Source: a virus
Lineage: Duplodnaviria; Caudoviricetes
Virus record (IMG/VR): IMGVR_UViG_3300046543_000595
Coordinates: 1 to 64,000 of that record
Reading direction: 5' to 3' (one strand)
DNA: 64,000 nt
Part shown: piece by piece, positions 35,054 to 45,482 of the stretch
Layout of the letters: each line of letters begins with the position of its first letter
Numbering within the stretch: position 1 is the first letter of the stretch
Translations under genes and position numbers: made by a program
Notes under the pieces: generated by a model
The model's input: the letters and a program-made list of their open reading frames with translations, nothing else
What the model was told of the DNA's origin: nothing
Database searches by the model: none

Positions 35054-36926
35054 CCCTTCAGGCCATCCGTACGAGTTCCTCGATTACAAGCCAGAATTGA
35101 GTCCGGAGCAGTTGAGCAAGCGCCGGCGCGACTGGCTCGGTGCCGCGCTCGACGAAGCCGATTCATTCCAGAGGGACAGCCGGGAACTGCAGGATCTGCC
35201 GCGGGACATCCTCTACCTCATGGGAGACCAGTGGCCGACGCGCCGTCCGAGCTACAAGGCGTCTCCGGTCAACAACCGGTTGCTCCGATCGATGGAGGCG
35301 ACGGTCGCGATTCTGACTGACATCAGCCCGGATTACGAGGTCAAGGCCAACGACGATACGTTCGACGATCAGGCCAAACTCCTCACGAAGACGATCAAAT
35401 ACTGGTGGAAAAAAAACGACGTCGACTTCCAGCTGGCCATGGCCGTGATCTACGCCTACCTGACGACCGGGTTCCTGCGGATCGTCTGGAACCGTCTGGC
35501 CGCGAACGGCAAAGGCGATTTCCAGGTCTTTCCGCTCAGCCCGTACGACCTGAAACCGATCGGGCCGGCGCACAATTTCCAGGACTGGGAGGGCTGTATC
35601 TACGAAGCCATACGCCCGGTCGCCTGGTTTCGCCGGAACTTCCCTGGGCCCGGCAGCCTCGTTACGCCAGATCTCAATCTGACCCGTTACGCGAAGCCCC
35701 TGCAGCGTCCGCGCGCCAACATGGGAATGTCGCAGTTCGAGATGCTCAGCCCGCAGGCTCAGCGCTGGATCGGTCAGCCGCGGGAATTCGGAGAGAGCGC
35801 TCTGGCGCAGTCCTGGTACCGGGAATTCTGGGTTCGCGATTACTCGATTAACACGTCTGGCAACATCGTTAAGATGGGCACGCCCGGTTCGAACTGGTAC
35901 TACGAGGTCAAGCCGAACGGGCCGCTCTATCCGCGCGGGCGCCTGATCATTACCGGCGGCGCGGACCTGACGGTCATGTACGACGGCCCGAATTACTTCT
36001 GGCACGGCCGCTTCCCGTTTATCCCGATCCGCCTGAAGCCAGTCCCGTGGCAGTTCTACGGGCTATCCGAGCTTCGGACCAAGATCCCACTCCAGGACAT
36101 CGTGAACACGATTCTGGCTGGCGTTCTCGACATGATCAAAAAGGCGGTGAATCCGCCCTTGCTCTTCCCGGACAACGCATTCTCGGACGCGGTTAAGAAC
36201 CAGTTGGATCCGAGCATGCCGAACGCGAAGATCGGTTACAACCCGATGGCGGCAAGCCCGCCGGAATACGGCAACCCGCCGATCGTGCCAAGCTACGTGC
36301 AGAATACCCTGATGTACACGCAGAACGAGCAAGACGACGATTCCGGCCTGCTGGACCTTGGTGGCCTTGCGCGCAAGAAAGTGACGCCGGCTGGCGATAC
36401 CCTGCAGGGACTGAAGGAAAGCCAGCAGACGATCATGCGGCTGCGCGGTCGCTACATCACGTTGGCTATCCGCGATCTCGGCGAACAGATGACGCCGAAC
36501 ATTATCCAGTTCTATCCGCTCGGGCGCCGCATGTGGCTGTTCGGCCGTCACGGTGTCACCTATCAGGACGTCTGGGATTCGTCGAAGGCGACGATGATCC
36601 CGGTTGGACGGAATCCGTCCGACCACGCGGCGAGCTTCCCATTCGAGATCATGGACAGTTCGCTGTTAAACTTGAACAAGAACGACGATCAGATGCTCGC
36701 CATGGCGCTCCGCCGGCAGGGAGACATGGACCGGGAGACGTTATTCCAGAAACTGGATCTCTCTCAGATTTACGAACAGGTCGAGCGGAATCTCGAGAAA
36801 GAGCACGCGCAGATGGCCAAGGATGCTGCTGCCGCGCAGGCCGGAGCGGCACCTCCAGGAGCGATGCCGGCGCATAGGGGCGTGGGCGGTGACAACCCGT
36901 TACAGAATCTCATAGGACCGTCATAA
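34977..36926 (+). CDS. portal protein (P22-like)
   Basis: about 640 aa after TerL; YLMGDQW, HGRFPFIP, QFYGLSEL...LQDIVN; start uncertain. Confidence 0.85.
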   Translation: MSREPKCAGPSQEASLSTVQSWDGPSPSGHPYEFLDYKPELSPEQLSKRRRDWLGAALDEADSFQRDSRELQDLPRDILYLMGDQWPTRRPSYKASPVNNRLLRSMEATVAILTDISPDYEVKANDDTFDDQAKLLTKTIKYWWKKNDVDFQLAMAVIYAYLTTGFLRIVWNRLAANGKGDFQVFPLSPYDLKPIGPAHNFQDWEGCIYEAIRPVAWFRRNFPGPGSLVTPDLNLTRYAKPLQRPRANMGMSQFEMLSPQAQRWIGQPREFGESALAQSWYREFWVRDYSINTSGNIVKMGTPGSNWYYEVKPNGPLYPRGRLIITGGADLTVMYDGPNYFWHGRFPFIPIRLKPVPWQFYGLSELRTKIPLQDIVNTILAGVLDMIKKAVNPPLLFPDNAFSDAVKNQLDPSMPNAKIGYNPMAASPPEYGNPPIVPSYVQNTLMYTQNEQDDDSGLLDLGGLARKKVTPAGDTLQGLKESQQTIMRLRGRYITLAIRDLGEQMTPNIIQFYPLGRRMWLFGRHGVTYQDVWDSSKATMIPVGRNPSDHAASFPFEIMDSSLLNLNKNDDQMLAMALRRQGDMDRETLFQKLDLSQIYEQVERNLEKEHAQMAKDAAAAQAGAAPPGAMPAHRGVGGDNPLQNLIGPS

Positions 36927-36927
36927 T

Positions 36928-37278
36928 ATGGAGATACACGAGACCTACCGTGGTTACAAGATCTACTGGACTGGGTTTAAAGAGCACGTCGACATTACGC
37001 GGGAGAATTTCCCGCGTATCGGCGACAGCCTCATCGGGCAATGGATCGGCATCATGGTGGATGCTGCCGGGAAAGCGCAGCACAATCTGTACGTATCGGT
37101 CCCTGGTAAAGAGGGAGAATTCCAGCGTGGGGCATCGTTCGACGTCGATCCCCAACCCGGACAGGTCGAGATTACGGACAGTACTCACCTCAACATCAAG
37201 ATCCAGGAGTGCCTGAAAGGTCTGACCCGCATGCACGTCCTGATCGATCAAATCGGTAAATACGATAAGGCGGCATAG
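36928..37278 (+). CDS. hypothetical protein
   Basis: ORF in the late operon. Confidence 0.55.
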   Translation: MEIHETYRGYKIYWTGFKEHVDITRENFPRIGDSLIGQWIGIMVDAAGKAQHNLYVSVPGKEGEFQRGASFDVDPQPGQVEITDSTHLNIKIQECLKGLTRMHVLIDQIGKYDKAA

Positions 37279-38109
37279 ATGGCCCTCAACTTGAAAGACC
37301 TCAACCTCGTGACGCTCAATCACGTGCTCCACGACGAGGAATCGATCCAGCAGGCCGTCCGCGCCACCGGTGGTCACCCCGCCTCACTGCGGATGATCAT
37401 CGAGCGTTGCCAGGAACTCGGCCTCGAGCCGGCTGAGCAACTCCAAAAGGCGATCGATTACGAAGGTCCGATCTTCAAACGCTTGACGCACAGGATAGTC
37501 TAGTGGCTGATAGGAGATACGCATGGCAAAGTCGAAAGAGGTAGCCAGTCCGATGATGGACCCAGACCACGACGAGTATCAGACGCGTGATGACGTCAAC
37601 ACGTTAATGCGCGCCGATGAAGTCCATGCGGATCCCAAACGCCACAAGCGAGCGCTCAGTCGACTGTCCGGAACCCTGCAGCGAATGACCGGCAAGAAGC
37701 CCGGTCGCTCCAGCGGTCGCTCCAGCGGTCGGTCCGGGCGATAGGAGTCACGATGGCCAAAATTGATATGCCGCCGATGAAGGACGCGAAATCCGTCAAG
37801 ATCAAGGTGAAATTTGACGGGAAGAAAAGCGACAAGAACGCCCGCAAGGCGGAAAAGAAATCGGACCGCTCCGGCGGCCGGTAGTTCTGGTTCACTGAAG
37901 CAGATTTCATTTTAAGGAGAATGATCATGGCACTGGCAAAAGACACAGGCGGATTTCCCGGTCACGATGAAGGATCCAACGGATCGCCGGTGAAGGACGT
38001 TTTCATCAGTTCCGGCGGAACATACGCCCCGATGGATCAGGGCGTGGCCGGCGGCACGACGAACAAGAACAGTCTGGGTTCGACCGGTAAGGCCGAAGGC
38101 CAGGACTAA
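37279..38109 (+). other. four small late ORFs (37279-37503, 37523-37744, 37753-37884, 37921-38109)
   Basis: AGGAG SDs on the last three; two have basic GRSS/RSGG tails. Confidence 0.55.
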
Positions 38110-38112
38110 TCG

Positions 38113-38748
38113 ATGGCGATGCCAGATATCGGCGTCGGTCCTCCGCCGCCCCCTGACGTCTCCGCTCAAATGCGGCCGACGTCATCGGTTTCCAGCAACG
38201 GAGGTCCGGATCTGGGTGCCCTGATGGCCCAGTTGGCCGGCGGTCAAATGCCGACCGGTCCCGATATCACGCCGAAGGTTCTGGACGTCCAGCCCCTCTT
38301 ATCCCAGATCGCCCGACAGGTGCCGAGTCTGGGACCGGACGTCGATCGGTTGAACGTCGAGTTGAAAGCACATATGGCCGGTCTCCCGAACGCGATTGCG
38401 CAAATGGGAGCCGGCTCCGGTGGTCCAGCGCCAGGTGCCAGCGGCGCCCCGGGTCCTCCAGCCCAAGCCGCGGCCCCGCAGGGGGCGGCTTCCACTCCGG
38501 CCGCCCAGCCTGCCCCTCCTGCCCTTACCAGTCAGATGGGGGCCATGGACACCGCTATGCAACTCGAAGTGAAGCTCCCGTCGATCGGTAAAGACGATCC
38601 GACGTTGATGCCGTACATCCAGGGTTTTATCGCGAGGATGCGCGATGAGGTTCCGAAGGTTGTACAGGGAGATACCGAGGCAATCAGTCCGCCGCCACAA
38701 CCGGCGCCAACGGACGCGATGCTCTCGAAGATTCCTGTCTCCTTCTGA
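38113..38748 (+). CDS. Pro/Ala-rich hypothetical protein
   Basis: ORF between portal and scaffold. Confidence 0.6.
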   Translation: MAMPDIGVGPPPPPDVSAQMRPTSSVSSNGGPDLGALMAQLAGGQMPTGPDITPKVLDVQPLLSQIARQVPSLGPDVDRLNVELKAHMAGLPNAIAQMGAGSGGPAPGASGAPGPPAQAAAPQGAASTPAAQPAPPALTSQMGAMDTAMQLEVKLPSIGKDDPTLMPYIQGFIARMRDEVPKVVQGDTEAISPPPQPAPTDAMLSKIPVSF

Positions 38749-38828
38749 AAAAAAACGGCCAGCCTTGCCGGGCCAGCCGTTTTAGTTGGAGTACCGCTCG
38801 GGGAGAGCGGTTGAAGGACTAGACACTT
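38747..38828 (-). ncRNA. candidate small RNA with its own promoter and terminator
   Basis: minus-strand TTAAGAAATTAAATTGACC...TAGGCT promoter; ACCGCTC-TCCCC-GAGCGGT hairpin; CGGCTGGCC/GGCTGGCCG-T8 terminator. Confidence 0.55.
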
Positions 38829-38947
38829 TCAGCCTATCTCATTTTATCCCGATCGGTCAATTTAATTTCTTAAACCAAGCGTAGCCGCTAGCCCGTAGCG
38901 CTTAGCCCCACTGGGGCCGCGAAGGGCCCGGAAGCAAGGAGAACAAG

Positions 38948-39835
38948 ATGCCGATCAATCCGAAATTGAAAGCAATCATCGAGGCTGACGCCACGATGAC
39001 GAACGACTACAAGCAGCGCCTCATCGAGACGATGGACAATGCGCCGGCGGATTTCCAGAACAACTGGATGGCGCGCGAGGACTACACGCGGCAGGCGAAT
39101 CAACTGAAACTCGATCGCGAGGCCATGGAGACGAAGAACCGCGACTTCTACCGGCAGTCGGAGACGAATATCGGGCTGTGGAAAGATGAGATCAAGCGGG
39201 CGAACGACATGGTTGCCGAGAGAGAGGCGCGGATCGCCGAATTGACCGCTGCCCGTGGCGGCACCGGTCTTGAAGGCAACGACGCGATCACAAAAGAGAT
39301 CAACCGCCTCAACGCCACGATCACCGCACTACAGACCGGTATCGACGAGAAGATCAAGGGCGTCGTCACGGCGCAGGACCTCGAGAAGACCGGTGCCCAG
39401 TGGGCTGGCTACATCGGCGCGCAGGTCCTTGAACTGAACGAACTGTCCTGGAAGCACCAGCAGACGTTCGGCACCCGCCTTGGTAAGGCGGATAACGAAG
39501 CACTCATCACGTACGCCAACGAACAGAGTGCGAAGTTGAAGCGCTCGATCGGCCTCGAAGAGGCCTACAACATGAAATACGGTACCGAGATCGCCACGAA
39601 GCACGACGAGGAAGTCGCCCGTGCGGCGGTCGAGAAGTACAAGACACAGTCCGAAGTCCCCGGCGGAGGACCTGTCGGTCCAGGCGCCGGCGCCCCAGAA
39701 CGGGGACCGCTGCAGATTCGCATGCAACAAGAGCAACTGCTGCGCGACGGTAAAGGAACCGAAGGCGTGCCACGCAACCTGGAAGAAGCGATCCGCATGG
39801 CCGCCGACGAACTTGTCAAGGAAGGCAAGGGCTAG
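38948..39835 (+). CDS. capsid scaffolding protein
   Basis: coiled-coil, directly upstream of the MCP; REDYTR motif. Confidence 0.7.
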   Translation: MPINPKLKAIIEADATMTNDYKQRLIETMDNAPADFQNNWMAREDYTRQANQLKLDREAMETKNRDFYRQSETNIGLWKDEIKRANDMVAEREARIAELTAARGGTGLEGNDAITKEINRLNATITALQTGIDEKIKGVVTAQDLEKTGAQWAGYIGAQVLELNELSWKHQQTFGTRLGKADNEALITYANEQSAKLKRSIGLEEAYNMKYGTEIATKHDEEVARAAVEKYKTQSEVPGGGPVGPGAGAPERGPLQIRMQQEQLLRDGKGTEGVPRNLEEAIRMAADELVKEGKG

Positions 39836-40021
39836 ATTTTACGAGGGCCACGACGGCCCGCCCAGATCCCACAGAATCCGACTTAGCTTCAGCCGTAGCC
39901 GCAGCCGGCCAGCCGCGGAAGGTACGAGCCGTCGAATGACCTGTCCGGAGATGGTTTGTTGCAGTAGCGACGCGCTGAGCGCGTCAGACCGAAAACCATT
40001 TTCTAGTTAAGGAGAAATTCA

Positions 40022-41008
40022 ATGGCATTGACGTGGGGAGACCTGAACGGCAAAGTTCACGATAAGATCATTCCCACGGTCGCAGACGTTATCTACAAGA
40101 GCTCTCCTGTCTTCATCCGGATCCGGACGCAGAACGCGCAGCAGTTCGATGGTGGCGTGAAAATTCGCCAGAACATCGGCTATGCCGAACTGAACGGCGG
40201 ACCGTTTGGACGCGGGCAGAGCTTCGATACAGCATATGTTCCGACGGATACGGCCTTCGAGGTCAATCCGAAGTTCTACTACGTGAACATTTCGCTGTAT
40301 GGCACGGATGATGTTCTCGCCCGTGGCGCACAACAGGCAGTTCCGTTCGTTGGCTCGAAGATCGCGAACGCGGCCGGCAAGATGGCCAAGTTGATCGCGA
40401 CCGACCTGTACCTCGACGGACTCGGCACCGGCAGTTCGACGCTGTCGATCGATGGATTCAATCAGTGGTTCGATAACGGGAACACGTTTACGTCGGTCGG
40501 CGGCATCACGCGCACGGACGTTGGCGTGTCGAACGGCACGAACTCGCAGGGAGTCAACGGCTACGTCGCATCCTTGTCCTCGGGCTTCACGCTCAAGGCC
40601 GTGGAAATCGCGATGGGGTCAGCCTGGTTCGGTCGCGAGCACGTGGACCTGCTCGTTTCCGATCAGAACTCCTGGAACTGGTTCTTCAACAAACTGCAGC
40701 CAATGCAGCGCTTCAACGAGGAGAGTTCGGACGTTGCCAAGTCCGGGTTCCGCTCGTTCCAGTTCGTCGGCGCGCAGGTGGTCGTGGATCAGTACGCACC
40801 GACCGGTTCCATGTACGGAATCAACTCGAAGTCGGAGAACCTGGCGTTCTACTCGAGCACGCTGAAGCGGTACCAGTTCGGCTTCACGGGGTTCAAGGAA
40901 ATCTACAATTCGGATGACCGAAGTGGTCAGTATCTCTGGGCTGGCAATATGATTGTGTCGAATCCTCGATACAACTTCCGGCTGACCAACATCCCAACGC
41001 TGAGCTAA
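40022..41008 (+). CDS. major capsid protein
   Basis: 328 aa; ADVIYKSSPVF...FDGG-KI...YLDG-G...VGGI-R...GF-SFQF-GA-VVVD. Confidence 0.88.
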   Translation: MALTWGDLNGKVHDKIIPTVADVIYKSSPVFIRIRTQNAQQFDGGVKIRQNIGYAELNGGPFGRGQSFDTAYVPTDTAFEVNPKFYYVNISLYGTDDVLARGAQQAVPFVGSKIANAAGKMAKLIATDLYLDGLGTGSSTLSIDGFNQWFDNGNTFTSVGGITRTDVGVSNGTNSQGVNGYVASLSSGFTLKAVEIAMGSAWFGREHVDLLVSDQNSWNWFFNKLQPMQRFNEESSDVAKSGFRSFQFVGAQVVVDQYAPTGSMYGINSKSENLAFYSSTLKRYQFGFTGFKEIYNSDDRSGQYLWAGNMIVSNPRYNFRLTNIPTLS

Positions 41009-41019
41009 GGAGGAGAGAC

Positions 41020-41577
41020 ATGGTAGCACAAGTTTTGAATCCTGGCACAGGCTACGGGTTCATCCAGATCGCGCAGCCGCAGATCTCGCCGAACGGGTGG
41101 TTCAACCAGTTCGACACGGTGGCGCAGAACCCGATCGGCGGAAAGACGCGATGGGGCAACGTTGTTCTTCGTTATGTGAAGATCGACGTCACCGTCGTTC
41201 CCGTGATCGGAGCGCCGCTGTACGCCTTGGCCTTCACGCCTGGCGGTACGTCGACGGCCGTCCCGGCCTTGACGGTCGGTGCGGACTACGACGGTTCCGG
41301 CGCCACGCTGGGACTGCAGGTCATGGGCGTTCTCGGTCCGTTCACGTTGACGCTGCCGACCGCGGCGTACTTCGGGTGGATCCAGATCGGTGGCGTGGCG
41401 CAGGTGGTGTCAACCGGCATCACGGCAACCAGCAACGTCCTGATCGGGTCGACGACGGACAACCAGTTCGCCGTCATCGCGGATGGTTCGAACCTCACGA
41501 ACATCCCGGCGGCCCGTGTCATGGGCGCGTCGGTCGCCGGTCTCGCGCCGGCGCTGTTGATGAACATGGATTGGTAG
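41020..41577 (+). CDS. capsid decoration/cement-like protein
   Basis: follows the MCP; RYVK...YFGWIQIGG motif. Confidence 0.65.
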   Translation: MVAQVLNPGTGYGFIQIAQPQISPNGWFNQFDTVAQNPIGGKTRWGNVVLRYVKIDVTVVPVIGAPLYALAFTPGGTSTAVPALTVGADYDGSGATLGLQVMGVLGPFTLTLPTAAYFGWIQIGGVAQVVSTGITATSNVLIGSTTDNQFAVIADGSNLTNIPAARVMGASVAGLAPALLMNMDW

Positions 41578-41637
41578 AGTCCACGGCCGGCCTTCGGGCC
41601 GGTCGCCTCTAACTCTCAAAGGAAAGGAGAACAATTC

Positions 41638-41883
41638 ATGCCAGCAGCAGTAGAGAATGCAACACGGTATACGGACTATTGGGGCCGGACCGCCACGGAG
41701 ATCTGCAACATCACGTGGAACAACAACGATACGTTCGTGAGCCAGTTCGCGGCGATCATTGCCGCGGATTTCACTCCGACAACGAATGCGAGCTTCGGAT
41801 TAACGGTTTCGGGCAAGACGGTAACACTCGTCAGCGGAGGATCGCTGACGGGGATCATCCAGATCGCCGCGGACAACTCGTAA
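41638..41883 (+). CDS. small virion protein
   Basis: strong SD; beta-rich composition. Confidence 0.55.
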   Translation: MPAAVENATRYTDYWGRTATEICNITWNNNDTFVSQFAAIIAADFTPTTNASFGLTVSGKTVTLVSGGSLTGIIQIAADNS

Positions 41884-41906
41884 GACGGATCGTTCGATAA
41901 CCATCG

Positions 41907-41946
41907 AACCTCACGGTGACGGTATACGCCGCCGTGAGGTTTTCTT
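41907..41946 (+). terminator. intrinsic terminator of the head operon
   Basis: AACCTCACGG...CCGTGAGGTT followed by TTTCTT. Confidence 0.75.
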
Positions 41947-42040
41947 CGTCCGTCAATACTCACCTTAAAAAATTAAATTGACATGCTCGTCCGGTTCACG
42001 TAAAACGGGACGGCATGACGCGGAGTTGGCAGTCACTCTA

Positions 42041-42964
42041 ATGGCGATTTTCCTCTACTACGGCGAATTCGCGCACTACGGCTATTGCGAGAACTGGATT
42101 GCCGCAGCGCTCGACCGGAACGGGCACAACTGCCTCCGGATTTCCAGGGCAAAATGGTTCGATCCCGAGCGGCTAATCCAGATCATCGAAACTAACCGCG
42201 TTCAAATCCTACTGATCTCGAAAGCCCCGGAGATCGCGCCGTCCGATCTGGAACTCGTCAGGCGCCGGACGAACGTGCGGATCATCTGGTGGACGTTCGA
42301 CTGGATGCGCCATCCTGAGAACTGGGCATGGTACAAGCCGCTGGCTCAAGTATCGGATCTGTGCTTCCAGACTGACGGCACGGACGAGGAGGGCTTCTAC
42401 GCCAGCCACAACATCGCGCGCATCGAATTGCATCAGGGCTGTGTGCCGCAACTCCATGACGTACCGCGAGAATCCAATATCTATCTCGGATCGGCAAATG
42501 GGCTAGAGGTCGTCTTTATCGGATCGAACTATACGGACCGCCGGCATCGGTTGATGGCTGAGTTGAGCCAGTACGACTTTCAAAAGTGGGGAGAGCCGGC
42601 AAAGCAGGTCTGGGGAAATCAGTTCGCCCAGGCCTGCTATTTCTCAAAGATCGTGATCGGCGACAACTTCGTCAACGACGTGCCGGGCTACTGGTCCGAC
42701 CGGGTATACCTCGCGCTCGCCTGCGGGGCATTCTTCCTGACGGCCTACGTGCCGGGAATCGAGAAGGTCTTCCGGAACGAATGGAACCTCGTCTGGTACC
42801 ACGATTTTGACGAGATGCACGAGTTGATCAGACGCTTCCTGCCGATGGAGGCCGTGCGCCGGTCGATCGCGCTGAACGGGTACCGGTTGGTCCATGCGCA
42901 ACACACGTACGATCGCCGGATCCAGGCGATATCACACGAAATCGAAAGGAGGCTGCAATGGTAA
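42041..42964 (+). CDS. glycosyltransferase (CgeB/Glyco_trans_1_2-like)
   Basis: VVFIGS...SKIVIG...YWSDRVYLALACGAFFLT...HTYDRRI. Confidence 0.85.
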   Translation: MAIFLYYGEFAHYGYCENWIAAALDRNGHNCLRISRAKWFDPERLIQIIETNRVQILLISKAPEIAPSDLELVRRRTNVRIIWWTFDWMRHPENWAWYKPLAQVSDLCFQTDGTDEEGFYASHNIARIELHQGCVPQLHDVPRESNIYLGSANGLEVVFIGSNYTDRRHRLMAELSQYDFQKWGEPAKQVWGNQFAQACYFSKIVIGDNFVNDVPGYWSDRVYLALACGAFFLTAYVPGIEKVFRNEWNLVWYHDFDEMHELIRRFLPMEAVRRSIALNGYRLVHAQHTYDRRIQAISHEIERRLQW

Positions 42965-43912
42965 TCAAACCGAGTGAGCCGCTGCCGACATTGGTCGCCC
43001 TCCATGAATGGCTATCCAAGCAGGGGTGGCCGGAAGAGATATTGGTATCAGGAGACGACTACACGCGGCTCTTGAACAAGTTCTCCGGTCTGGCGCGTAA
43101 TCCACGATTTATGCATATCGGGCCGACGATCATCCGTCCGAAGATGACGCCAAAAATAGATCTCAGCGGAGTGAGGGTATTGGAATGAGAACAGGATTTC
43201 TACAGGGCCAGTACTGCAATGTCCGGCATCCGGGGACGCGGGAGACGCACGTCGACACGATTAAGAAACTTCGGCGCGAGGTTGAATCTCTGACAGGTAA
43301 GTCTGAGTCTCGAGAGCGCCGGTTCGAGAGGATTGCGCAGATCATTCGCGATGTCGAACAGCGCGCCGCCGCCAACCCAGATCACCCCACCATCGCCGAC
43401 GAAGTCACGCTCGAGGAGATGCTAGCGATCTACAGCGCGGCCACGCGTACCGGGCAAGGTCGCCCTCCTAAGAAAAGGGCATGATCTTCACCGAGCAGCA
43501 GATCGGTCGGGCGATGGAGCGGGCGATGGACGTGTTTCACGGCCACGCGCAGAAGTTCGGAGCCGCGCCTGAACAGATCATCTCCGGCACAATGATGGCC
43601 GCCCTGCTGCTGACCGAACTTGGACTCAAGAATGGCGAGGAGGGTATCCGCCCGGCGCTGGACCGCCTTCACGGCGAACCTAAACCGTACGACTTCCTCA
43701 ACGAGACGCACCGGCAGGCCGTGGCGCTCATGCTGCAGCAAATGTTCGAACCGCTCGGCGTCTTCCGGATCTTTCTGATTGCCCTGACGCCCGAGCATAA
43801 AACGTTCATCACGGACATCGCGAGGGATGGCGTGGAGAATCTGTCGATCGAGCAGATGCGCGGATTACTGCTGGCTGTGGCCGAAGATGACGATGCGGAG
43901 TGGATGTTATGA
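42958..43912 (+). other. three hypothetical ORFs (42958-43188, 43185-43484, 43481-43912)
   Basis: translationally coupled ORFs. Confidence 0.55.
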
Positions 43913-44898
43913 GGTGGGTAGCGACAAGTGTCCGGTTGACGAACGCCAGTATCGATCAGATGTGTGCGCCAAACTGCAACGATCAGATCGCCGCCCGGGC
44001 GTTCGGCGCGATCTGTCACTATTCCCCGCTGGAGATCGCGAAGTACGCTGACGAGTGCGATGCCGTGTTCGCCACGATGTGGAAGGTGCGCGCCGACTTT
44101 GAGCCGCGCTGGATGGACGCGCTGCATACGCTGGCGGGTCTCGGCAAGAAAGTGGTGCTCTTTCAGGAGGCCGAGACGGGATGGCCGCTGACGCGCTCGT
44201 GGGAGGAAATGAAGAGCTTTATCGAACTGCTCGGCAAGGTCGATCTCTTCCTGACGCACAATACCCGCGATACCCACTACTGGGGGCGACTGGCCAGCAA
44301 GTCTTATCGCTGGAGGACATGCCTCGATCTATCGCCGATCTGGAGATATACCATGGATCCGGACCGGAAGGCAGATCGGCCGATCCTCTTCGGATCGAGC
44401 TACGACGACCGGGCAAATGGGCTTGCCGGTCTGCTTGCGGTGAAAGATCTCGGCCATCCGCTCTGGCATCAGAACCGATCGACGGGCTACATGGATCGCA
44501 ATAAGGAACTACCGGAGGTACTCGGTGTCAAGATCGACAAGGAGATTCCGCACGATAGTTGGTCGGATTGGCTGCGGGAAGTCTCCGGGGCGTATCTTGC
44601 GGTCCACCCGATGCCAGCGGCGGCTGCCGGCCGCGACCAGATCGCATTCGCGGCGCTAGGAATCCCATGTATCGGGAATGGGGAACTCGAGATACAGCGA
44701 GAACTCTTCGGCAACCTACAGATTAGCGACATCTACAATCCGAAACAGATCGAGGATGCCGTCCATTGGATACTGAACGCGCCCAGGGATTACGCGACGA
44801 TCCGAGAGTACGCGATACATAAAGTCAGGCAGGAGTATGGGCTAGCGGCGGCTGACTATCAGGCCGCAGAGATCAAGCGAAAGATGGGGTGGCTATGA
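43909..44898 (+). CDS. putative GT-B glycosyltransferase
   Basis: AYLAVHP...GRDQIAFAALGIPCIG C-terminal GT-B-like motif. Confidence 0.6.
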   Translation: MRWVATSVRLTNASIDQMCAPNCNDQIAARAFGAICHYSPLEIAKYADECDAVFATMWKVRADFEPRWMDALHTLAGLGKKVVLFQEAETGWPLTRSWEEMKSFIELLGKVDLFLTHNTRDTHYWGRLASKSYRWRTCLDLSPIWRYTMDPDRKADRPILFGSSYDDRANGLAGLLAVKDLGHPLWHQNRSTGYMDRNKELPEVLGVKIDKEIPHDSWSDWLREVSGAYLAVHPMPAAAAGRDQIAFAALGIPCIGNGELEIQRELFGNLQISDIYNPKQIEDAVHWILNAPRDYATIREYAIHKVRQEYGLAAADYQAAEIKRKMGWL

Positions 44899-45482
44899 AA
44901 CGATTCGAATTTCCAGTGCAGATGCTGCGGTATACCGAGGATGCGAACGATGGCGTCTGGACCGACAAGTCGCACTATCTGATCCTTTACGCGATGACGC
45001 ACCTTGTGCGGCCGGAGAATGCGATAGAAATCGGATCGCGCCGCGGCGGATCAGCCATGTGGATTGCGAAGGCGATGGAAGAGATCGGCTTCGGGAAGCT
45101 CTACTGCATCGATCCGTTCATTGCGGCCCATGGCGGTGCTCCAGGATTCCTTGCGCATTTCGCGCACAACCTTGAAGAACTCGGATTGGACAATAGGGTC
45201 GAATTGCTCGAGATGCGTTCGGACGACCCGGACGTCTCGCCGATACTGCCTGACGAAATCGAACTGCTGTTCATCGACGGTGACCATTCTTATCAAGGCG
45301 CAAAGGAAGATTTGGAACGGTATGTCCCACACGTGAAGTCCGGCGGGTGCGTCATGATCCACGATAGCCTCTGCGAGGTCGGGGTCAAGGCCGCCATCGA
45401 GACGTCGCAGGAACTGCTGTCACCGTACGTCCATTTCACGATGGAGAACCGGAACGGGATGTGGATCGGGGTCAAGATATGA
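44895..45482 (+). CDS. class I SAM methyltransferase (Methyltransf_24-like)
   Basis: IEIGSRRGGS, LLFIDGDHSY, GGCVMIHD. Confidence 0.88.
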   Translation: MKRFEFPVQMLRYTEDANDGVWTDKSHYLILYAMTHLVRPENAIEIGSRRGGSAMWIAKAMEEIGFGKLYCIDPFIAAHGGAPGFLAHFAHNLEELGLDNRVELLEMRSDDPDVSPILPDEIELLFIDGDHSYQGAKEDLERYVPHVKSGGCVMIHDSLCEVGVKAAIETSQELLSPYVHFTMENRNGMWIGVKI

